Source: Syncephalis fuscata S228 (taxonomy: Eukaryota > Fungi > Zoopagomycota). From it: a DNA stretch of 64,000 bases. Location of the stretch: contig JAHLTZ010000002.1 in the NCBI GenBank assembly GCA_025786725.1, positions 744,001-808,000 of the forward strand, read 5' to 3'. Each line of letters opens with the position of its first letter. The first letter of the stretch is position 1. The translations under genes and the position numbers were made by a program. The notes under the pieces are model-generated. The model had not been told where the DNA came from. It worked only from the letters and a program-made list of their open reading frames with translations, and ran no database searches. Positions 41,165-54,687 of this stretch are shown here, piece after piece.

Positions 41165-43496
41165 TCAAGATGTTTTTCGATACGTAAAAGCACGTCGACT
41201 ATTACCACCACCGCCGCCTCCGCCACCTTGACCGGGTGTATTGCGTGTTGACGATGTTGAGGCTCTAAACCGTAGTTCCGACAATATACTAAAATGACTA
41301 TAGTAATAATAGTAATAACAATGTAATGATTAGTTATCTAATTATAATTATTTAGTATTTAGTATAATTACTTACTCTGAGGGAAAGTTGGCATCAGGAC
41401 AACCAACAGCTCGTGCTAAATAGGCCGAATCTACAGCGCCTAGTGCACCACCACAAGTAAGTGAACTACTGTTGTACCAGATGTAGTCAATAACACCTTT
41501 AAATTTAGGCGTGTAGTTCGTGTAACGCATCTCTGGTATATCAGCATAAGCATTACGCAATTGGAATCGGTGTTTAATGCCATCTTCACAGAAGCTACCA
41601 TAGACTTGCTGGGCAAAGTCTGGATGGTCTGGCAGAACTGATCCCTTAGTCAAGAATTCCACGACACCGCTATTTGGTTCCGAGTTCATATCACCGACTA
41701 CAAGTATAGGAATCTGGAAAGCTTGTGTATACTTGGGTCCATTGTTAATCGTTCCAGCCATTGAGTGTTCTTTACTCCACTGGGCAGTGAGTGTTTCAAG
41801 CTCTTCCATCAGCATAGCAATCTGAACAAGCTTCACATCTTTATGTTCTGGGTCCCAATGAATATGCGTATTGGCCACAATGATGGGTAGACCTGTGGGT
41901 ATATGCCGGAAGAAGGCTACACCGGCAATATTATCCTTTGTCATAAAGCGCTGGAATATTTCATCGGATTTTTGGAAATCCGATCGTTGAATGGCAATTT
42001 CATTGAATTCAATAATACGTTGATCGATCAATTGGAATCTAATAAAATGTCGTTAGTTAAATGCTATCGTTTATGTCCGATACTTACATCGAAGAACGAT
42101 AAAAAGTGGCACAGCCATCAACAACTCGTTTTTCCTTAGAAGCCATCGTTTTAGCGCGTGACTTTTGCCAAAGTACCGAATCGTGTGTCGAGCCTAAATG
42201 GTGCTTAAAGAACTCTTCATGCTGGCCGCCCTCTACCTCCTGTAGACACATCAAATCGGCATCCATGGCCTTAATCTCTTGAATAATCACTTCGCGCCGA
42301 CTATCCCAGGCCAGTGCCCATGACGGCGTACAGCTATACTGTGTAGGCGATGCGTATTTTTCGCATAGAATGTTGTAACTCATGACGGTAAATGGATCTA
42401 TGCATTTGTAAATTAATTTCATAACAAATATTGATTACCCGTGTATGCATACCGCCTACGGATGGATCTGGATCAAATGATTTCCACTCGCGTTCAAGAG
42501 GTGGTGCCGGTGCTAATAAAACATGCAAAATGGTTAGTTTTGTATTATAATACATTAATTATAGCAACCACGTGGACAGTTATCGCGTAGATAGCCTGTA
42601 ACCGCCGATGTACTTTCCGTGGCAATCATACTCTTGATCGGCTCTTGTATCGGATTACCTTCTAAACCAAGTGTTTCTAGCTGATAAAGTGTACCAAGCT
42701 CGGGTGGCAACTCGGTAAGTAGATTATCAAATAGCAATAATTCACGCAATTCGACCAATAGTCCAAGTTCTGAAGGCAATGAAGTAAGCTTATTGCCACT
42801 GGCATCAAGTAGTCGAAGAGTGCGTAATTGTGATATAGATGATGGCAGATAGCCAAGCTGATTATGATTCACGTACAACGAGGTAAGAAAGCTATAACGG
42901 AACAGTCCTGTGCACAAATTGCGTAATCCCATGCCGCCAAGATCCAAAGAGTGCCAACGTTGAACGCTATTGCCATTCGATGCTGACGACGCTGTTGCCC
43001 CATTATCGCCATTAGTAGCACGACTACTGACAATATCATCGCCTGGATAGCCACGACTATTCAGATTAAGGCCTAGAATCTCCTCAGTAGGTGTTCGCGT
43101 ATCATTACCATTGCCATGAGATGCAGCGTTCTGAAGATTAATATCACGTCGTGCTACAGCTGTTGCTAATCGAGCATGATGATGTGGTGCTGATGACTGA
43201 CGCGACAATTGCTGCAACGATAGCTGTTGTTGCCGTTGGGGTGTCATATTTACCAGACCGCTAGGTACACCATAACTGCTACCTGGCATGCCGCCCATGC
43301 CCATTGAATTTGTCTGTGCCGATACCATTGTCGCACCAGCCATACCAAACCCAGCTGCTTTCATCGACATGTTATAGCGCTGTGTCTGTGAAAGATAGAC
43401 TGGCGGATGATAGGGACTAGACTGGGACTGTGTAGGTGATCCAGATCGTACCGGAGGAGAGCCGTTTCCGTACGGGCCACGCATCGAGCTGGTCAT
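41165..43496 (-). CDS. CCR4: CCR4 deadenylase (LRR + EEP nuclease), spliced
   Basis: APHHHAR motif, LRRs, [46 protein letters not shown] and FPSDH. Confidence 0.95.
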
Positions 43497-46400
43497 ACCG
43501 TATTGACGCTAGTAGTGTAGATAGTATATGAATAAAGAAAAAGAAAGAAAGTAAAAGCAGATGAATGTGAATGAATAGGATGTGTATCACAGCAATGTTA
43601 TCTCTTCTATCTGTCTGCTAGTTTATGCCGTCCGCAGTAAGTGTAGCAATAGCAATGAAAGCAGTAAAGGAAAAAGAAAAGCCAAGATGAATGGACGATA
43701 TATGCGTTGATAAATGGTCGCCAATACTACAAACGAGGTTGAATATACGGAGAAGGCAGCACTCTGTCGCTATGCATTCGCGCCTGCGTGTGCCGTCCAG
43801 CGTCGTTTCAGTCACGTAGAATGAGAAAAGGCACGCAATTTGCAAAACGCGTCGGTTTGTAGAATGCGAGATGCAAACACTTGAAACCAAGGTGCTATTG
43901 TGGTAGTCCTGCAGAACAGTAATAATAAATGAATAGTGTCGTTAGTCATCATAAATGGAATATTTTGGAAATAACACGAATAGCAGTATAGTAGCACTCG
44001 TAACTAAAGTAAACTATACTGCTGCTGCTGCTAACTACCAGCTAGTTAGCTAGCAAGCAAGCAAGCAATAGTAGAGTACAAGTGCAGGCTGGTCTCTATA
44101 TAAATTAGTTGCAGTCCAATCAATATCGCTCTCTTTGGGTACATGCAGATATACCAGCACTTTTAACAAACTGGCTGGTTTTACCCAAGATCGCTGTTGC
44201 TATAGTCACCACGTGACCATTAATACAGTGTACAAGTTAGGCAGGCCATAGCGAATCTATATAGACACCATCTATAGTTCATCTAGTGCTGTCTAAAGCG
44301 TCTATGGCTGTAGGCTGGTCTGGGTGGCGTTTGTTCCTTGAATTTCGTCACCCCCATGACTCTGCCATTAACACCACCACACACCATCTCTATCTAGGAT
44401 TCAACTTACAAAAGATCAAGGACACTAAAGAATAAACAATAGTCGTCGCTGGATATAAGATAGAAGCGCAACAGTTGTCGTAGTCGTAGTTGTGTAGTAG
44501 TGGCAGTAGTAGTAGTGGTGGTGGTGGTGTGGTTATAATAGTAGAAGCGAATGATGCAGTCCGAGTGAGAAGATGAGTGTGTTGTAAAAGGTGCAAGTGT
44601 GCAGGTCTGTATAAAATGAGAGTGAATTTTATGTGAGTGTGTGAAAAAGATCTTTGATTCAATGAAGACTTGTTATTACAATCACACTATTATTCAATTA
44701 AAGTTAATAAAATGAATAGAATGAATAGGATTACTAACATAATTAATAACTATTAACATTATTATTGCTATTATTGTTATTCAGCAACTTGTATATAATC
44801 ATCTGCCTATCAGGTAAACAATATGTGGTCCATGCAATAAAGTTTTTACCACCACGTGTATTATTACTTGCATTCTCAATAGACATCATAGACTATATCT
44901 ATCTATCTATCTAATATAGTATATAAACACTTCTCCATACACACTCACTCATTTCCATTCTATCTGAGTCTATTATTGATTATTTAGTGGTTGTTTCATC
45001 TATCTCATCTTTGCTAACCGATATCTAATCAATACCCCTTACTAACTACACTTTTATTCACTCCGATAAATGACGTTGAAGATTAATTCATTCATTCTAG
45101 TTCAACACTGCTCCTTTTATCGTTTATTCAATCACACAAATATTATTACAACTAAACACTTTTACTACTCTCTCTCTCTCTCTATCCACTCTATCCACTC
45201 TATTCTGTTCACTTTATTTGTTTACTTAAACACTAGTTGTGAGAGTGAGAACCTATATAGTTTGCCAAGCTGATCAACAAAGTAACACTAGCAACAGTGG
45301 CACTTTCTCTTCACTCTCTACTCACTCGCTTTTCCTTCCTACTCATTGGTTATAGCTCTTTCTCCTTTTTACTATCTACATAGTCGTGCTTTTATTTCAA
45401 CGTCTAGGTTTACTTGCGTGTGCTTGTACAGCGGTTAAACCTTACCCTGCTTACTACTAACAAACAATAACCACCACCACAACACTTTCGGGTAAGCATC
45501 GTGATGTGGCGTGGCGTGCATTCCCTTCCTATCTTTTCCCAATCCACTACTACTTCTATTATACTTGCGTTCACTCTATTAGTTTCGTCTACTTGTCATC
45601 TCTACTGGATTGTACTTTCATTAAGCTCATCTTAAAGATTAGCAATACTCTAGTCAAGAAAGGGGTTATTGGTCTAAACACCGTAGTTCTATTACCCTGC
45701 GTCTATTGTTATTCATAGGTGTTGTATTTGTTACAAGTATCGAACGTGCTCTCCGGTTACTTTGTTGTCTATAGACAATACGGGTATTGTTTGGATAGCT
45801 AATACGTCTTGGCTAAGTGGTAGTCTAAGCCGTATTAGACTATAGCGGCTATTGACCGCTACTACTATTGACATCTATTGTTCATCGTGTATTCATTTGT
45901 TTGAACTTTCTATTATTTCACTTAACCTTATAGCCACTCTCTATAGTTACTGGTGCATGCTTATTCAGATTACTAATTCACAGCGTGTTTACTTCATCAT
46001 CTACTTAAACATCATAGATTCTATATCCACGTGACCTTTCACCTTGAAACTGCCACGTTGTGGTGGTGTGACTGTTTTGTTGGTCACGCTGTTTATTCGC
46101 ACTCATCATCATCGTCGTCATCGTCATCATCATTCATATTATTCGTATTTAGTGTTATTAGTGTTCGTATTCATATCCATATCATCTTTGGTCATCAAAG
46201 GTGCTTTCATTTAGCCTATTCTCTTTTACGCTCTTATCCACTGCATCTATCAATTCTATATCGCATATTTGAGTAGTTGCTATAAGCAGATACTATTTTA
46301 TTGTTTGGTACTTGTTGATTTGTTATTATTCTCGCTATTAAGCCATTGACACGGTGACTGCATTCTATTGATTAATTGATTAATTAACTGTTGATTGTAT

Positions 46401-46559
46401 TTAACGATTACCATTCCGTATACACTGTGTGCTCTTTGATCGTTAATTCAGTTCAACTGCAGACACCGCAAGCAACACTTAGCTGAGAAGCAGTACCGTT
46501 ATCGGACATTTTTATTACTGTGGTCTGCGCCTTTATTAGCCTCTGGCCGTTCAACGGCG

Positions 46560-49500
46560 ATGCGCGACCATCAGCGGAAACAGAGCACGTCTTCAGTGTC
46601 GTTGCCTAGCTCTCCTAAGCAACTGACACGGACAGAATCCTCAAGCATTGGTATACGTGCTGAGCCGCGACTTGCTCGGTAAGTAGTGGTGATCTATTAA
46701 TAAGATAGATGACTGATGGACGGCTAATATGATTGGTGATGACTCATATTGATGTTTATTGAGTAGAGGTACGAGTGTTCTTGACACGGTGTCCAGTCGA
46801 TTCCATGACCTGTCGACCTTTGTGACCCGACACGTCAATGCTTCCGTCGGTACAAGGTCGGCATCGCCGTCGTTGCTAGTAGGTTCCTATCCGCAATCTC
46901 ATTATCCGTACCGGCAACGGTCGAATACGGCAACGGGCAGTTATAATGCAGCCTATTCACCTCATCGGGCCATATTGCATCAACGGACGCATCGTGGTCC
47001 ATGGCCAGCCGATGCCAACTTCAATGGCATGCATGGTGGTGGAGGACCAGTCTATGCCGAATATGGCCGTGAAGGTATGCATAGTGATGGCAAGTCATAT
47101 TCAGGTGCCATGTATGCACATGATATGGGCATTGTTAATGGACAGCTTCATGTACCTCATGGTCAATTCCCTATGGATAATGAAGAGCCATTGCGTGGTG
47201 CAGCAATGTTCAATGATGGACGACGTGTATTAAAGGCACGATTTCAGTCATTGGATCATGTAGCACCTATTCCATTTGTAGATGCAGTACCTGTAACAAC
47301 GACAGCATCTAATACAACTATTCAAGACACAGATTGGCGACGGTAAGTTAGTAGATATAGATAAATATAGATGAATATAAATAAACAATTAATCATTAAT
47401 ATTATTATTATTAGACGTACAGCACTGCTTATGGGCTATACGGATGGATTCCATATTTGGGATGTATCTAATGTCAATGAGATCCGTGAAATGGCCTCTA
47501 TTCGAGATACTAGTGTAGGCCAAGTAATGGATTTAGAAGTAAGTATATACTAGTAAATTAGTGGATTAATCAATAGTGTTAACGTTAAATATTTTAGATT
47601 GTACCAGAGCCATCCGTCTTACCTGGAGATCATCTTTCTGGTAATCAGTCCATAGTAGATGTATTAGCACCGATGCGACCATTATTAGCCATCGTGTAAG
47701 TTATTACATTACATTATATTAATTAATCAGTTAATTAATTAATTGATTAATCTATTAGATCTGCACCTTCTACTGAATCTAATTGGCAGGATTCCTTGCC
47801 TCCACCAGTATTCTCATCTGATGGCATGAATTCCTTAAAAGATTATAGTGGACTAGGCGGTGATTCATCTGAACGAGCTATATTGATTATCTATTCGTTA
47901 AAGACACATCAAATAGTGCGTAAATTAACTGATTCACGGGCTGATGTGATGGGTGTGGCATGTAATCGACACGTGATTGCTATGGTAATTATAACATTAG
48001 TATTATATTATATATTAGCATTAACATTAATGTGACAAATATAGTCATTAAGTGATGGTCGAATTCGTGTTGTATCCAATCATGATCTATCAACAATTGC
48101 CACCTTTAATGATGTACTTGTTACTGGAGAACATCCAGTGCCTATCTTTTCATTGGGTTCTCGTTGGATTGCTTATGTTTCTGCCTCGCCGCCACCTCCT
48201 GCCTTTGCTGGTGTATTACGTACCAATGATGCTGAGGATACTTCTACGGTAGAGAAAGTGGCGCGAGAAGTGATGCAAGGTGTCAAATCACTAGGCAGTC
48301 TTGGTTACAAGGCCATGTCCGACTATCTATCATCTCGTGCTCATACTAATGAACCTCAGCCAACGAGTAATTCATTAGTATCACGCCAACGAAGTAGAAG
48401 ATCATCCAATGCCAAGGATTTAGGTGGTGTAGTAAGTTGTTATTTGTTTGTAATATATCAGCATTGACATGCAATATAATAGATTGTTGTACGTGACTTA
48501 GTAGCCGAGAAGTTGAATGCTATACATATAACGCCAACAAATGAGTGTGAACCATCAAGTACCACCAATAATAGTATATCACGTTCCATGACTTCTTCAA
48601 TAGAAACTACCAGTCAAATACCAACTATAAGTGAATTAACTGGTCCATTTGAGGATAAAGTACCAACACACACTGGCGAGAGTGAAGTGTCAGACACGAC
48701 AGCCACTACTACTACATCAAGTCATTCTACATCAACCGTCAAACCAATTGTTCATTTCCGTGCTCATGAACACAATTGTTCTGCCCTTAAATTCGATCCA
48801 TCTGGATTCCGTCTAGTGACTGTATCATCACGAGGTGATACATTCCGTGTCCATTCCATTGCTCATGGTCGAGCCTCTTTACTGTTTACTTTATCACGTG
48901 GATATACGCATGCCAAGATTAATGATTTAGTATTTGATCATGAAGCACGCTGGTTTGCTGTTAGTACCGGCCATGGTACTACCCATGTATTCCGACTACC
49001 TTCAGTTGAAGCACAACAATCAAATGTAGATCGACAAGGGCTGTCTCAATCAAGTGGTAGTTGGTCTAAACGCACTGTATTCACCGATAGAGCCTGGCCA
49101 CCTGTCGTTAGAATTCGACAAAAGCTTGATGAAGACTTGGAAACAGATGATCCATCAGAAGCCTTCTATTCAGGACCTGTTACGCCAAGTACCAGCTATC
49201 CTAATGGAGGACATCGTACACCTCAATCGGGTGGACATGGTATGCCAACACTAGATGCCACATCTGTATGGGCCAATCATACCATGGGTGGGCCATTAAT
49301 GGGCGAAGGAGAGGGTGCACACACGCCACCACCACCACTCGCTGTTAGATTTTCACATTTTGGACAGGATAGAGATCAAGCAGTGTTTATTATTAATGGT
49401 GCAGGTCTACTTACCATGCATCGATTAAAGCGAGGAAAGACGACTGAATTGGCCATGGAGGCTGAAGATGTGGCTGAATGGAAGCTATTACGTGGTGAGG

Positions 49501-51084
49501 ATTGGGACACGTTAGCTCAGCCTATTCAATTCACAGAGCCCATTTCATTGTCTGTTGGTGCTAGTGATGAAGAACAAGATCGTGTATCCACTCCTAGTAG
49601 TAATAACAGTAATGATAGCAGTAATAGTCATCGATCCGATGAAGTAATGAGTGATATAAATGGCCCGCCTACTCCTACTAAACCAGTAGAGACAGTAGAG
49701 ATAGTAGGGACAGTAGGGACAGTGGAAACTACAGAATTGTCATCACCCAAACCAATAAAGACAGAAAAGCCAACGGGTAAAAAAGCTAAACGTAAATCAA
49801 AGTCTCATCAACAGAATACATCAGCTACAGTTACATCTACATCTACATCTACATCTACAACAACAACAGCTACAAATAATGGTACAGTAGAGACAGTTAC
49901 CAAGACCAATTCAGAGTCTCTAGTATCTATTACTGAACAGCCATTATCGTCTAAACCATCACCATCGGTCCCAACCCAAACGTCAACTGAGGCAAAGTAA
50001 GTGTATTCATATTGATACAAAGAAATAGATACTAATCACTACTATTGTTACTATTATTAATAGATGGTTGGCTCATGCTGAAATTGTTACTTATCCTCCT
50101 CATTATGCTCGAGTACTTTGGAATCAACCTGGATTTCAATTTCAAGTATTTGATCCAAATGTTCGTGGTGATGGTGGTGATTTAACAGCCACTAGACCTG
50201 TTGATGTTAATCATCCACTACCTACACCCTATGGATGGTAAGTAATATATATATATATATAGTATTTATTTATCTAATATCTAATATCTAATATCTATTT
50301 ATAGGGCACGGGCTGAAAATGATGGTCAGGCTGCTTCAGGTGCTAATCTAGAGGAATGTATTAGAAAGGCTATGCAATCCGATATGGATCTATCGCCGGC
50401 CTCTCGAGAATTGTTGGATACGCAGGCTGCTCGTTCATCCGATCCATTTACTCGAGGTCAACCATATTCATCGTCAGCATTAATGCAACATCACGATGAA
50501 AATGACAAAGAAATAGTAGATATGCTGCGTAGACGACATAGAAGTCCATTATTAACACCAGAAGATCTAGATCATGATGTATTAGATGAATTTGATCTAT
50601 ATGATCAGGATTACATTATGCAACATGATATGAATGGTGGTGGTAAAGCATAATGACTAATGATGAATATACCAATATTGACGGTCATCGTATCTCTTCT
50701 AGTCCAAATATGCCATCGGCTGAACTAATAGCTGGTGGTGTAACCACTTCTGGAGATGACTGGCAAGATGCCGGCCATCTACGCATTCCACCCGTTAATT
50801 CACGAGGCGGATCCATTCATAGTTTACGTCAATCAACAAAATCACCTCAAGTTACAGTTCATACGAATGGTGATCCTGCATCCTCTTCATTTATGAGTAC
50901 GAATAGTCATGGTGTATCATCGGATGTGTCTATTGGTCTACTAATGGACGATGTACGAGAAATATCTCTAAGCGATGATGAAGAGAGTAACAACAATAAT
51001 GTGAATCAATTAGGCGCTTCACGTCAATCAGCAAATACATCAGGTAGCCGTATTTTGGGTAATCTACGTTGGTTTGACGATTAG
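46560..51084 (+). CDS. BCAS3-like WD40/PROPPIN-related protein, multi-exon; apparent frameshift near 50648
   Basis: LLMGYTDGFHIWDV, IYSLKTHQIV, FSLGSRWIAY, HFRAH..LKFDPSGFRLVT, LFTLSRGYTHAKI, AVSTGHGTTHVF and BCAS3-type WLAHAEIVTY..LW.QPGFQF. Confidence 0.78.
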
Positions 51085-51460
51085 TCTTTTTTCTTTCCTA
51101 CATCACATATATTTTACTACTCTCTATTATTACCATTATTACTATAACTACCATTACTACTTTTTGCATACTATTGATCTATTTGTTTGATATCTCTTTT
51201 CTATTATAAGATACGAAGATATGTGTTATTGTTATTGTTGTTGTTGTTGTTACAATTGTTGCTGTGCTCTGTTATTTGTTGTGCACAAATAGTTTGTACA
51301 AGTGGTGAATTGATTTATGTTTGATGAAATATTTTTCTTTTTTTAATCATAATTGTGAATTCATCTCTTTATTTTTTACCACCATTCTCGAGATTATACG
51401 TAGAAAACATAAACAGCTCTTTTATTAATATATTTATATTGTTATAATATCAAGTGTTGA

Positions 51461-52901
51461 ATGAAGATGACAGACAAGGATACAGTTTTGTGCACTTGTT
51501 GTCAACAAGTGACGGCAAAGTATCGTTGTCCACGCTGTGATGCACGTACCTGCTCATTAGTATGTGTTAATACACATAAAGAGACAAGTGGCTGTTCTGG
51601 AAAACGGGACCGTACTCAGTATGTATCAATGAAGACATTTGACGTTAATCAACTAGCAAGTGGTAAGCAATTCTAATAATTATGAACGAATAGTGTATTA
51701 ATGTATTGATATAGATATCGGATTCTTGGAAGAGGTTGAAAGAGAAAGGGATATGGCAGAACGAGGGCTGGAAGAGAGTGTTAAACATCAACAACAGAAG
51801 GAATTGATGAATAGATCCCGTCGACAACGTACACCTCTGACTAGAAGTGAACGTATTGCTAAATGGGCCTATGAACGATGCCAAGTAAAAGTGCGTTGTT
51901 TACCGACTGGAATGAAAAGACAGCAAGAAAATAAAACAAGTTGGGACGGTAGACAAAAGTATATGTTGTGGACTGTACAAGTAGAATTTGGTATCACGTC
52001 ATTTGACAAGGCCACTACACCATCAACACAGCAACTATTACTGCACCGGTAAGTAATGTTACTACATATATATTATAACTAATCTATGTAATAGTATTAG
52101 TGATACAATGTTATTACGAGATATTATTCAAAGTGCACGAGAAAAAATTGGTGGAAAGTGTACGACACCAACAAACGATATGGAACGTATTTTATTACGT
52201 CAAGTAGATACACCAGTAAGTAGACTATACTAAACCTATAGACTAAATGGTCTTATTATTCATTCATTGATTAGGCAAATGCTCCAGGTTATATCGAATT
52301 GCCCTCGTCGATACCTTTGTATAAGGCGTTGACTGCCCAGGTATTAATAGAATATCCGACATTATATGTTGTATCAGCAAATGAAGCAGCAACGATGTCT
52401 CGTGAATGGACCATCAAGCCATATGCCTTTGACGATTCTATTAATGTTTCCCAAAACAAGGAGACGAAGTGTGACAAGAAAAACCGAGAACAATTATCGT
52501 TAACAGGAACAGCAGCGGATGTAACCATTTGTGCTGCATCAACTGTCTCCTCTATAGATGCTAGTAGCGGTGACGGTTGTAAGAATAGTAATACGGCACG
52601 GGCATTTGAAGTAATGGAACCGGAATCCGACGATAGTAATGATACAGCTAATGAAGGCACCACGGTGAAACGTAAACCAGATTTTTCAATGGCCAATAGC
52701 TACCACTCGGTGAATGAAGAAGGAGAAAGGAGCGAAGCGAGTGATGGCATGGCAGCTACGACTGCACTGACCAGCCATTTAGCTAGTTTAGTAGATTATA
52801 CCGATTCTGAGAATGAGTCAGATGATCAACATGGTGATGGTGAAGTACAGTTGCCGGTAATAAAACGACCGAAGTTAAGTAGTCTACACCATCACCCATA
52901 G
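51461..52901 (+). CDS. BCD1: Box C/D snoRNA protein Bcd1/ZNHIT6 (zf-HIT), spliced
   Basis: CTCC...KYRCPRCDARTCSLVCVNTHK...CSGKRDRT, D.GFLEEV, LPTGMKRQQENKT, WTVQ and VLIEYPTLYV. Confidence 0.88.
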
Positions 52902-52904
52902 CTA

Positions 52905-52932
52905 ACCCAACCCAACCCAACCCAACCCAACC
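52905..52932. repeat. (AACCC)n pentanucleotide microsatellite
   Basis: AACCC repeated about 5-6 times directly after the BCD1 stop. Confidence 0.8.
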
Positions 52933-53232
52933 ATAGCTATTGGGCAGTGGAAGCAGTGATAGACTTGTCGCCTGAGCTTGTCGCCTTCATGATACTTGTT
53001 GACACAGTCACCACGTACACTACAAGGCATTGGGTAACACAGCCATAATGGGTCGCCTCTTCTGTAATATATTATTTCTATATTTATTGACGTTACCATG
53101 ATAATAACAATAACAACAAATAAATGACTTGCCTTTTGGCTTACCATACTGCGTTCTTTTTTATCCATTTATGTCATTTTAATACTATTAGTACTAGTAA
53201 TAGTATTGGTACTAGCGTTAGTATAAGTAGCT

Positions 53233-54552
53233 ATGTCTCACGCGGATCATCAAATTGCTCTCTCTATTTATCCTTGTATTATTAACGAGGATAATAGTGA
53301 AGTGTGCTCTTTAGATATTGGTCTATTTGCTGTTACGTGTATAAGTTGTTTTATATATGGAGTAGGATGCTTATTTGGTATTTATGTGTTTTATTACCGA
53401 TGGCAACATCGCCTGTTCACTGGATTGCGCCACCGAGTGGATGGATATCAGATGCCTCGACCACTCGACAGTCTACTCGCATGTCTTATTATTCATACAT
53501 TGGCGAATTTCATCGTCTATTCGCTTACTATTGCTGGATGGCCACCCTCACAAATGCTGCGTGATGTACTCGTGCTTCTATGTGTTGCCATGATATTTGT
53601 AGCTCTATCGATGTTTATGGCTAGTTCAGTGGTTCATATTCCATCTATTTTCGTACAACGTATCAGTAGTAATCGCCGTTATTGCCGTACGATGGGCGAT
53701 CGTGTCATAAATCCGCATCAAACAATTCGCGTTCCTTCAACAAAAATACTCCACTTTATTGTAGTGTGGTTCAACCCAACCTTGCTCGTTTTTGCCGTAC
53801 CCTTAGGTATATGGCTCGGTATTGCATCTGATCGACATGATCACCTACAAATTGCTAGGGCCATGACGACCATCTCTACACTGATTATCGTAATGGCAAT
53901 CTTTATGATTTATATCACTAGTTATTATTGCTATGGATTCTACAAGATTTTATCGAAATATGTTCAACCATCAACTCGTAATGAACCATTAAGCAAAGAT
54001 GAAGTTAAAGCCGCTTATCATTTTCGTAACATCTTTCTATTGATGGTTATTTATTGTGGGTTTACAGCCCTTATGACACTGCCAGTTTGTATATTTCTAA
54101 CGAAAATCGAGAAGGTTCGCTGGATTTATTATATAGTAGTTGTTATACATCATATTATTTTATTTCCTAGTTTATCTTGGGGTATTTTTATAATTGGACT
54201 ACAAAGCTCCAGGAATCGTGTGCAACAACGTATATTTTCGCTTAAAGGATCTCTAAAGGATACCGGATCATTAACCAATTCCATGCCAGATCTAGATCTT
54301 ATGGACGAAGCAACCAGTCGTGGTACATTGTTCTGGCAAAGTCTATTTGCCAATAACCAACATATGGGGGATGAACACGATAGAGTATCTATTGTTGTAC
54401 ACGACAGTAACAATGGCGGCAATAATACTAATAACACCCGTTGTTATAATATAACACAAGGAGATGTTGCTCATCCTAAGCCGGCCCATATCACTTCTCG
54501 TGGCCATTCAGATAGCTTAGTGATGGACGATAAAAAATGGCCTATTCGATAA
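53233..54552 (+). CDS. Intronless polytopic membrane protein, ~7 TM, unknown family
   Basis: 439-aa ORF with about seven hydrophobic segments and a hydrophilic C-terminal tail. Confidence 0.7.
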   Translation: MSHADHQIALSIYPCIINEDNSEVCSLDIGLFAVTCISCFIYGVGCLFGIYVFYYRWQHRLFTGLRHRVDGYQMPRPLDSLLACLIIHTLANFIVYSLTIAGWPPSQMLRDVLVLLCVAMIFVALSMFMASSVVHIPSIFVQRISSNRRYCRTMGDRVINPHQTIRVPSTKILHFIVVWFNPTLLVFAVPLGIWLGIASDRHDHLQIARAMTTISTLIIVMAIFMIYITSYYCYGFYKILSKYVQPSTRNEPLSKDEVKAAYHFRNIFLLMVIYCGFTALMTLPVCIFLTKIEKVRWIYYIVVVIHHIILFPSLSWGIFIIGLQSSRNRVQQRIFSLKGSLKDTGSLTNSMPDLDLMDEATSRGTLFWQSLFANNQHMGDEHDRVSIVVHDSNNGGNNTNNTRCYNITQGDVAHPKPAHITSRGHSDSLVMDDKKWPIR

Positions 54553-54687
54553 CATTGCTACTGGGTCGTCTATACTCATTTTATTAATATCTATATTGCA
54601 TGTGTTTTGTTATAATTATAGTTGTAAACATAATATTTTAAGAATAGCTGATTTATGAATAAATTTAATTATTGCTATAAGGGAGCT

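Noticed and set aside
50372-51084. Two separate abutting genes (93 aa and 143 aa)
   Set aside because: Both continue the last BCAS3-like exon, and a single added base merges them.
52905-52932. Interstitial telomere repeat
   Set aside because: The unit is AACCC, not TAACCC, and the tract is under 30 bp. It is an ordinary microsatellite.
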